Positions 18,124 through 24,486 of a stretch of 24,486 bases of DNA are shown here, one piece after another. The stretch comes from Verrucomicrobiota bacterium (GTDB taxonomy: Bacteria > Verrucomicrobiota > Verrucomicrobiia > Verrucomicrobiales > DEV007), in NCBI GenBank assembly GCA_045046875.1, contig JASFYY010000108.1, forward strand, positions 1 to 24,486. Reading direction: 5' to 3'. The number at the start of each line of letters is the position of its first letter. Position 1 is the stretch's first letter. A model generated the notes under the pieces. That model had not been told where the DNA came from and did not search any database. It saw only the letters and a program-made list of their open reading frames with translations. Both the position numbers and the translations under genes were made by a program.

Positions 18124-19104
18124 TCACTGCGCGGCCTGCCATCTTAAAGGTTGCAAGCCACTGGGTTTATTCCCCAAGCGCCACATCCAATACGGAAGGT
18201 TACAGAAAAAGATCAGTAATATAAGTTCATTGTAGCCAAAATGAAGGTGCATCAGATAAAAAATCCCTCGATGCATAGCTATTAGACTAAGCCCTATAAA
18301 AAAAGCCCACGGCCTGTTTTTAAGGGCAATGAGAGCGAACGCTTCGAGAAAAAAAGCCCCGCCAAAGCCCATGCGTGAAAACCACGGATGATTCACCACC
18401 CATTCAGCCGCCAGCGCACTTTCCACCAGTGAGGGATCATCGATATACCGGTAATAGGCCTGGCGCTGACTTTTCACCAGATCCAGAGCTATGTAAGGTG
18501 AATTCCAAACCCACAGTCCCTTCGAATTGAGAAACTTGCTCAACGCCGCTATGACATAGGAGCCCGCAATCATCGCCTGCGTGTAATACAAATAGTAACT
18601 GGCCATGCTCAGTTTTTCAGGGAGAGCTAATGCCTTGCCCTGGCGAACGCGATGCACCCAGGGCCAGACAGCCACTATTGCCTGGATAATAAGAACCTGA
18701 GTTATGAGATTGTGGGAATGCTTGAATGCGCCTTGTGAATTCTCAATGGTTCCGGCCAAGGTGCTCATCACTGCGAGCAATGGCAAGGCGATCACATAAC
18801 CCCTGCCAAACACATACAGAACAACACAGAAAATCGTTAATATTTTAAACAACGGATGCACCCAATCCTCACCCATCCATGACAGATCGATGATTTTTGC
18901 CACCCCGTTGGGTGAAGGCTGCGAGTCATAACGGAATGGATCTGCATCAAAGAGATGGCGAATAATGATGCCTGAAAAAAAAATCCGCATCAACAACCAC
19001 TCCCAGTTCAATACCCGTCCAGGCACAAAACCCACTTTCAACCAATCAAAAAGCCATACTTTCCCTTTTTTAAATCGGCTCTCAACTGGGCTGGAATCAC
19101 TCAT
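18124..19104 (-). CDS. Polytopic membrane protein, HTTM-like (vitamin K-dependent carboxylase/SdpB-like)
   Basis: Multiple TM segments. The pattern MRIFF...NSQGAFKH...YVIAALSKF...W...LEAFAL...MHRGIFYLMHLHF follows the HTTM-type order Y..A...K / E / H......M. Confidence 0.65.
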   Translation of the reverse strand: MSDSSPVESRFKKGKVWLFDWLKVGFVPGRVLNWEWLLMRIFFSGIIIRHLFDADPFRYDSQPSPNGVAKIIDLSWMGEDWVHPLFKILTIFCVVLYVFGRGYVIALPLLAVMSTLAGTIENSQGAFKHSHNLITQVLIIQAIVAVWPWVHRVRQGKALALPEKLSMASYYLYYTQAMIAGSYVIAALSKFLNSKGLWVWNSPYIALDLVKSQRQAYYRYIDDPSLVESALAAEWVVNHPWFSRMGFGGAFFLEAFALIALKNRPWAFFIGLSLIAMHRGIFYLMHLHFGYNELILLIFFCNLPYWMWRLGNKPSGLQPLRWQAAQ

Positions 19105-19112
19105 AAAACTGC

Positions 19113-19697
19113 TTATTTTGATGCGGGCAATTCGGCTACAACAACCGGGGTTTCAATCAGTTTCCCATCCTCAACGCTAATCGCAACTTCAACCAACTGG
19201 AGATCTTTTCCGGTGAGAAGTTTTTCCTCCTTCTTTTTTTTCACCGAACGATCCACCAGATAATTCAACACAATGAGACCCGCCTGCCGGCGGATTTCAG
19301 CATCAGTCAAAGGCGTATCAACTTCACCCTTCTTCATTGCCAATTCTCGAGCTTCCTCAACTTCCGTACGGTTATGCCGCTGCATCTTTGTGATGCGTGA
19401 CGGAGAAATGCTGGTATGAAAATGAATAGGAATAGCCTTGCCTGAACCGTCAGCGACATAGCAGTAACGAAGAGGGCGGCTCGTTGGGTTTGAATACATC
19501 GAAAACGGCGAAATTGGATAAAATTCACCAATTATCTTCGAAGCTAGAATGAAAACCAGCACTGGAAAAATCGGGTGACGCCGAAGCGTGTGAAACCACG
19601 CCCACCTGCCTTTTTTGTCACTGGAGGAAAAAGCCCGCGCCTCAGACGAAGTCGCACTGAGTTGATCGCTGCTACTGCTGGAAATTTGCTTTTTCAC
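19113..19697 (-). CDS. Single-TM hypothetical protein, partner of the HTTM-like gene
   Basis: One hydrophobic segment followed by GEFYPISPFSMYS. Its stop lies 8 nt upstream of the HTTM-like start. GTG start. Confidence 0.75.
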   Translation of the reverse strand: MKKQISSSSSDQLSATSSEARAFSSSDKKGRWAWFHTLRRHPIFPVLVFILASKIIGEFYPISPFSMYSNPTSRPLRYCYVADGSGKAIPIHFHTSISPSRITKMQRHNRTEVEEARELAMKKGEVDTPLTDAEIRRQAGLIVLNYLVDRSVKKKKEEKLLTGKDLQLVEVAISVEDGKLIETPVVVAELPASK

Positions 19698-19798
19698 CTA
19701 CCCTGCCCTTTCGTCCGCCATAACCTCGGCGAAGGAGGTGTCACTACCCAATCAAGTTTGGAGGGGGACAAAGGGGAGCAAGGGTAAATCCGGTTCAT
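19694..19798 (-). CDS. Candidate 34-aa near-leaderless upstream ORF
   Basis: MNRIYPCSPLSPSKLDWVVTPPSPRLWRTKGQGR*. The ATG is 8 nt after a -10 box, and the TGA overlaps the next GTG start (GTGA). Confidence 0.35.
   Translation of the reverse strand: MNRIYPCSPLSPSKLDWVVTPPSPRLWRTKGQGR
19712..19739 (+). repeat. Small intergenic repeat of the TCCGCCRTAGCCTTGGCGAAGGMGG type (single degenerate copy)
   Basis: CGTCCGCCATAACCTCGGCGAAGGAGGT with an internal CGCC/GGCG stem. It translates as VRHNLGEGG or PPSPRLWRT, which I recall as a repeat pattern in verrucomicrobial genomes. Only one copy in this window. Confidence 0.5.
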
Positions 19799-19806
19799 TT
19801 CCGCTG

Positions 19807-19835
19807 ATTAGAGCACGGGATATTTCTATCGTCAA
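19807..19835 (-). promoter_or_regulatory. Sigma70 promoter of the HTTM-like operon
   Basis: Minus strand reads TTGACG-17 nt-TCTAAT with an extended -10 (TGC). Confidence 0.65.
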
Positions 19836-19971
19836 GCCCGATCCCCCCGATTTCTAAATGCTTGGCAACTTTCAGCTTGTTCGCCCCAAATCATGAGCAC
19901 AACGACCCCTTCGCCCTATCATTCGACTTGCCGATCGCCATTCATCGCGCTTATTACTCAAAAAGATCACT

Positions 19972-20526
19972 TTGAAAATATCGATCCACATTCCCATGCT
20001 CATTGCGCTGGCACTTGCCGCCAGCACCCTGACCTCCTGTGTCACCACTTCGACCGGCACCAGCTCCGGTCGCCGCCGGATGAGTGAAGACCAGATCCGC
20101 ATCGCCCGGCTGGAACGCGAATCCCGCATCGCCACGGAAGCAAGCGGTGACTTCTGGGTCGGGCGCCGCTGGTATACCAAAGGCACCCGCTTCTGGGGTT
20201 ACGTGCGCCGCCCTCACCAACCTTGGTCACAAGCCAAACTGGTGATGCTCAACGAAAGCCAAAAACTCGCCCCCGACCGCTTGCCCGAAGCCGGAGGCTC
20301 AGGCAATTCCAACGGCTTTGACCACAACTACCAGTATCAACTCTGGGGGCACTTCACCGGCGACACCATTTACGATCCCAATTCCAACTTAATGCTGCCC
20401 GAATTCAAACTCTCCCGTTTTGAACAAATCGACGCCAAACCCGGTTACGTCTTCGAACCCTGGGAACGCTACTGGGCCAACACCTTCCCCCCTCTCACCC
20501 CCCGCACCCGCGCCACGCGCCGCTAA
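19972..20526 (+). CDS. Hypothetical lipoprotein
   Basis: Hydrophobic signal with lipobox LTSC and an aromatic-rich globular domain (GRRWY..TRFWGYVRRP..YDPNSN). Start TTG 19972 or ATG 19996. Confidence 0.8.
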   Translation: MKISIHIPMLIALALAASTLTSCVTTSTGTSSGRRRMSEDQIRIARLERESRIATEASGDFWVGRRWYTKGTRFWGYVRRPHQPWSQAKLVMLNESQKLAPDRLPEAGGSGNSNGFDHNYQYQLWGHFTGDTIYDPNSNLMLPEFKLSRFEQIDAKPGYVFEPWERYWANTFPPLTPRTRATRR

Positions 20527-20565
20527 CTCATTTTTCACCCTTCAAACTTCACCCTCCCTTCCCCC

Positions 20566-22224
20566 ATGAAATCCCTCCTCACCATCCTACTCTGCCTGAC
20601 AGCCACCAGCCTGACCCACGCCCAGGACAAAACCCTCGACCTCGGTGGCGTTCGTGAAGAACACATCATGATCCCGATGCGGGACGGCAAACACCTCTCC
20701 GCCTGGCTCTACTTTCCCAAAGGCGACGGCCCCTGGCCTGCCATTTTCGAACAACGCTACGCCTCCATTGAAGGCAAGCGCACCAAACTCAATTCCGCCG
20801 AACAAGCTGCCAAAGGTTACGTCGTGGCGATGGTCAATTTTCGCGGAGCGCAAAAATCTGAAGGGCAATGGGTCGGCTACCGCGCCTTGGCCTGGGGCGA
20901 GCTGCAAGATGGCTACGACACCTGCGAATGGTTGGCCAAACAAAAATGGTGCACTGGCAAAATCGGCACCTTCGGCAGTTCCCAAGGTGGTTTTGCCCAG
21001 AATTTTCTCGCGGTATCCGCGCCACCTCATCTAGTCTGCCAATACATGGTGGACACCGGCCTCAGCCTGTTCCAGGAAGGTTATCGCATCGGCGGAGTCA
21101 CCCGCCCCGAGCGTTTCAAGGGCATGGACAAAGTCTGCCGTGATCCCGCTGACAACCAAAAGCTGATGAAAGAATGGTTCAGTCACCCGAACTACGATGA
21201 CTACTGGAAAGACGAAGATTGCTCGCTGCATTTTGACAAAATGAACGTGCCCTGTTTCACCATCGGCTCTTGGTATGATTTCATGAACCAGGGATCGGTG
21301 ATGAGCTTTCAAGGCAGGCAACACCATGGCGGTGCCAGTTCCAAAGAGCAGCAACAACTTTTACTCGGCCCCTGGCTGCACGGCCGTCTGAATAAAAATA
21401 ACAAAACCGCCGAACTCACCTTTCCGGAGAACGCCACTTGGCCGGAAAAAGACCACATGACCCGCTGGTTTGACCACTACCTGAAAGGCGTCGACAACGG
21501 CATCGAAAAAGATCCCGCCGTTCGTTATTATGTCATTGGAGCGGCAGGCGAAGCCAATAGCAAAGGCAACGTGTGGAGAGAAACCAACGACTGGCCTCCG
21601 GCAAGTGACAAAACCCCTTATTACCTGCACGCCGAAGGCAAACTCAATACCCAGCTGCCCACCGCAGAAAAATCGACCACCGATTACCACAGCGATCCAC
21701 TGCACCCGATGGAAATCCCCGGCCGCGGTTTTCCCGGCGCGCGCGATGCACGTAAATTCGAACAGCAAAAAGAAGTGCGCACTTTCACCTCTGAAGTTCT
21801 GAAGTCGGCAACGGAATGGACCGGTCTGGTCAAAGTGGTGCTGTGGTTTTCCTCCAGCGCCAAGGACACCGACGTCATCGTCCGGGTCAGCGATGTTTAC
21901 CCCGACGGACGTTCGATGCTGCTCATGGACTACCCGCGCCGCTTACGCTACCGCGACGGCTTCAATCAACAGGTTCTAATGAAACCCGGCGAACCTGTCA
22001 AAGTGGCTTACGACATCGGACGCACCAGTATCATTTTCAACAAGGGGCACCGCATCCGCATCACCATCGCCAGCACCGGAGCTCCCCTCTACGAGAGCAA
22101 CCCGCAAACCGGCGGACCACAGACCATCGAGTATCCCGCCAATCCCGTCACCGCGACCAACAGCATTCATCACGAAAAAAATCGTGCCTCCCACATCATC
22201 GCACCCGTGATCACAGTGAAATGA
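20566..22224 (+). CDS. CocE/NonD family serine hydrolase, secreted
   Basis: IPMRDGKHL, RGAQKSEG, DGYDTCEWLAKQKWCTGKIG, nucleophile elbow GSSQGG, GSWYD, GPWLHG and a PepX_C-like C-terminus (DVYPDGRS, GHRIRITIAS). Confidence 0.93.
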   Translation: MKSLLTILLCLTATSLTHAQDKTLDLGGVREEHIMIPMRDGKHLSAWLYFPKGDGPWPAIFEQRYASIEGKRTKLNSAEQAAKGYVVAMVNFRGAQKSEGQWVGYRALAWGELQDGYDTCEWLAKQKWCTGKIGTFGSSQGGFAQNFLAVSAPPHLVCQYMVDTGLSLFQEGYRIGGVTRPERFKGMDKVCRDPADNQKLMKEWFSHPNYDDYWKDEDCSLHFDKMNVPCFTIGSWYDFMNQGSVMSFQGRQHHGGASSKEQQQLLLGPWLHGRLNKNNKTAELTFPENATWPEKDHMTRWFDHYLKGVDNGIEKDPAVRYYVIGAAGEANSKGNVWRETNDWPPASDKTPYYLHAEGKLNTQLPTAEKSTTDYHSDPLHPMEIPGRGFPGARDARKFEQQKEVRTFTSEVLKSATEWTGLVKVVLWFSSSAKDTDVIVRVSDVYPDGRSMLLMDYPRRLRYRDGFNQQVLMKPGEPVKVAYDIGRTSIIFNKGHRIRITIASTGAPLYESNPQTGGPQTIEYPANPVTATNSIHHEKNRASHIIAPVITVK

Positions 22225-23282
22225 GCGGCCTCATCGGACACACCACCTACGCCATGCTGGCAGCCAAAGCGGCTGCCCAGCGCCAGCTTCCGATCGCTCC
22301 GATCATCCAGCAGAACTTCGCCTCTTACCTGGCAGGTTCCTATCTGGGCTCCGACATCCAAACCCTGCCCGAGGCGATCTGTATCGACACTGGACAGGAA
22401 GTCGGTTATGGAACGGTACCCGTCGAAAAAAGCCCTCTCACCGGCGGCCCCGTTCGTCCCTGGAAAATTGAGCTCGATGGCAAATCCTACCGCCCCCGAG
22501 ACATCCACACTTTATTTTACGGCCGTGCCCACATCGTATTTGGCTGGCGGGGCGAAGACAAACGCCATGCCATCGCCTGGGATGACATCCCTGAATACAT
22601 CGCTTCGGTTGTCGGTGACGCCATCGAACTCTTTGGCCCGGGTCGACGCCAACTGGCTTACATTTTTGGTTGGGCCACCCACGTGATCGGTGACAGCCTG
22701 ATCAAATCCGTCCACCCCGGCCTACACCTGCACTTGCTCGACGGTCAATACACCACCAAAAACCGCCCGATCCAGGATCTGGTTACCTTTCACGAAATCG
22801 GCATCAAAGAACTAGGCCTCGACTGGGCCTCGCTACTACACGATCTGGCTCATACCCCGGTTGAACCGATCCAAGCTCACTACATGCGCTGTGTCAAAAA
22901 AGGCGGACGCCTCGGCGCCCACTTCCCCGACGGATGGGACCCAGACAAAAACAAACTGCTGCAAATCGTGCTCGCCAAAAACCGTGAATTCGAAGCCACA
23001 CGAACTTCTGGCATCATCAAAGATCTCGCTCTTACCAAAGATAACAAAGGCCAACTCAAATGCAGTGCGGAACTAAGCGCCAAAACCGGCGGCCTCAGCT
23101 ACCAGGAAATGATCGCCGCCGCCGATCAAGCCGACTTCCGCCACACCCTGTGGGAAATGGGCGAAGCCATCGCCGACCTGTTCGAAAACATCGTTGAACA
23201 ACAAGAGCACCTCCAGGAAATGCCAAGCCCGGCAAAAGACCCCAGCTGGGATGTGCTCACCGAGCGGTGGAGGAAAAAGTAA
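22221..23282 (+). CDS. Zinc-dependent phospholipase C/P1 nuclease-like fold hypothetical protein
   Basis: ATG at 22221 overlaps the CocE stop (ATGA), giving 353 aa. Ligand-like pattern: GLIGH, YLAGSYLGSD, RAH, YIFGWATHVIGD, with later H/D/E residues. Confidence 0.7.
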   Translation: MSGLIGHTTYAMLAAKAAAQRQLPIAPIIQQNFASYLAGSYLGSDIQTLPEAICIDTGQEVGYGTVPVEKSPLTGGPVRPWKIELDGKSYRPRDIHTLFYGRAHIVFGWRGEDKRHAIAWDDIPEYIASVVGDAIELFGPGRRQLAYIFGWATHVIGDSLIKSVHPGLHLHLLDGQYTTKNRPIQDLVTFHEIGIKELGLDWASLLHDLAHTPVEPIQAHYMRCVKKGGRLGAHFPDGWDPDKNKLLQIVLAKNREFEATRTSGIIKDLALTKDNKGQLKCSAELSAKTGGLSYQEMIAAADQADFRHTLWEMGEAIADLFENIVEQQEHLQEMPSPAKDPSWDVLTERWRKK

Positions 23283-23321
23283 TATTCTCCCACTCTTCAT
23301 CTAAGCAGGAAAATCTTCTGC

Positions 23322-23366
23322 CATTTGGTGCAATTTAGGACTTGAACTCCCGTATTGCACCTAATG
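23322..23366. terminator. Imperfect inverted repeat between convergent genes
   Basis: CATTTGGTGCAAT...ATTGCACCTAATG, 12/13 complementary. No clear U-tract. Confidence 0.35.
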
Positions 23367-23456
23367 TGCTGATTAGAAATCATCGGCTACAAATGATCCC
23401 TGCTGTGAAACGCTGATCTTACGCTGAAAGAAGAACCAGAGCGTGTGCAATGCGGA

Positions 23457-24152
23457 CTAGTTCTTCTTCCCTGTCAGCAGCTTCTTCTTAACCTCACGGG
23501 CCACACGATTTGAAATGACCTTTTCATTTATCGCAAGAAAGCGCTCTACCGCGCAGCGATCCCATGGAACAAGAACTCTTAATGCCCAGCTGACTGCCTT
23601 CTGGACCATGAGCTCATTATCCTCAACAAGAGTTTGGCAGACGGCAAGAGTCCGTTCAGCATCTCCAGTCCCCCCTTTCGATTTGCTATTCAGTGCAACC
23701 GTGGATACCACTGCTGCCCTCCTCCACCATAAATCTGGTGAAACAGACCAGTTTCCGATGACAGAATCACTAACCCTCCCCTCCCTCCAAGCTGGCCCAG
23801 CCACAAAGGAACAGAACAAATCCACGCAGGCCCAGTTGTCCATTCCTCGACCAAGCTCCTCTACCCGGTTTTGATCTAACAATTCCCGTGCAGCTTTATG
23901 GGCCGATATAAGTTCATAAGCTACCTGACGACATTCCGTCACGTTCTTCCCAAGCAATAACAGCCCAATCTCGTGAACCTCTTCTCCATCGAGACCCCTA
24001 AACCGACTCTTATAAGCTCTAACAACAGATCGCAGATCCGCTGTGTAAACACCAAAATCCTCTTGGGCACTTGGCCGATGGCTCTGCCGTGAACCTCGTC
24101 CAAACTCTTTGAGCGCTGAAACAATCTCATCAGTAATATCACAGCTCTTCAT
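23457..24152 (-). CDS. DNA alkylation repair protein (AlkD-like HEAT-repeat family)
   Basis: FGVYTADLR, DNWACVD, WSVSPDLWWRRAAVV and VQKAVSWALR. Start ATG 24152 (ORF track starts at TTG 24170). Confidence 0.9.
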   Translation of the reverse strand: MKSCDITDEIVSALKEFGRGSRQSHRPSAQEDFGVYTADLRSVVRAYKSRFRGLDGEEVHEIGLLLLGKNVTECRQVAYELISAHKAARELLDQNRVEELGRGMDNWACVDLFCSFVAGPAWREGRVSDSVIGNWSVSPDLWWRRAAVVSTVALNSKSKGGTGDAERTLAVCQTLVEDNELMVQKAVSWALRVLVPWDRCAVERFLAINEKVISNRVAREVKKKLLTGKKN

Positions 24153-24293
24153 AATCTCGTAGTCAATCAACCTGCTGCCATGAAAAAACTGTATTCCCCC
24201 GCATCACCTCACAGCGCAAGCAATACCATTGCGTCCCATACTCCTCACCACACCTCCCCTCACCTTTAAAAAACTATCCTGTCCATTTTCCTT

Positions 24294-24322
24294 ATCAGTG
24301 CTAATCGGTGACATCAGTGGTC
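24294..24322 (+). repeat. Intergenic ATCAGTG triple repeat, copy 2
   Basis: ATCAGTGcta ATCGGTGac ATCAGTGgtc. Confidence 0.75.
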
Positions 24323-24359
24323 ATATTTCTTGTCGCATGAAAATTTAGAGTGCACTCTC

Positions 24360-24486
24360 TCAAATTTCAGCCTTGGCCTTCTCATAAGCCTGCACCGCAC
24401 ACTTCGAACAAGTCTCACGGATGCCTGCAAAAAAGTCATTGCCCTTGTCATCCACCAGAATGTAAGCAGGAAAGTCCTCCACCTCG
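24360..24486 (-). CDS. fumA: Class I fumarate hydratase, C-terminal fragment (runs off the window edge, not in the ORF track)
   Basis: Manual translation [41 protein letters not shown] matches the FumA/FumB C-terminal signature [19 protein letters not shown]. Confidence 0.93.
   Translation of the reverse strand, partial: EVEDFPAYILVDDKGNDFFAGIRETCSKCAVQAYEKAKAEI

Noticed and set aside
21816..22220. N-terminal 135-aa extension of the 488-aa ORF, or a possible frameshift fusion with CocE
   Set aside because: It overlaps CocE out of frame with Arg/His-rich non-protein-like composition. The ATGA-coupled start at 22221 explains the gene, and no slippery site is evident.
23299..23378. Possible integron attC site next to the AlkD-like gene
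   Set aside because: The outer boxes (ATCTAAG / ATTAGAA) lack the required AAC/GTT triplets, the arms are asymmetric, and there is no integrase or cassette array.

Overview
This 24.5 kb bacterial chromosomal window is most consistent with a PVC-superphylum organism, probably Verrucomicrobiota. That assignment is inferred from the DUF1501/DUF1549-1553/PSCyt1 cluster and the intergenic repeat types. Minus-strand genes, left to right: a RelE/ParE toxin and its antitoxin, a secreted hypothetical protein, def, exbD/tolR, exbB/tolQ, a tonB/tolA-like gene, rex, a three-gene cluster (cytochrome c-WD40-PPC fusion, DUF1549/DUF1553 protein, Tat-exported DUF1501 protein), hslO, a GHL10-type glycoside hydrolase, an HTTM-like membrane protein with a small partner, an AlkD-like repair protein, and the 3' end of a class I fumarate hydratase. 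Plus-strand genes: a threonine dehydratase-like PLP enzyme, a lipoprotein, a CocE/NonD hydrolase and a translationally coupled Zn-phospholipase C-like protein. The best candidates for uncharacterised systems are (1) the HTTM-like pair, headed by a good promoter and an unannotated near-leaderless 34-aa uORF, (2) the periplasmic heme/WD40/DUF1501 cluster, and (3) the CocE + Zn-PLC-like pair. Three kinds of small intergenic repeat are visible, including two GTAG-type REP copies, one of which supplies a stop codon. No rRNA, tRNA, CRISPR array or transposase was seen. All calls come from motif recognition by eye, with no database searches.
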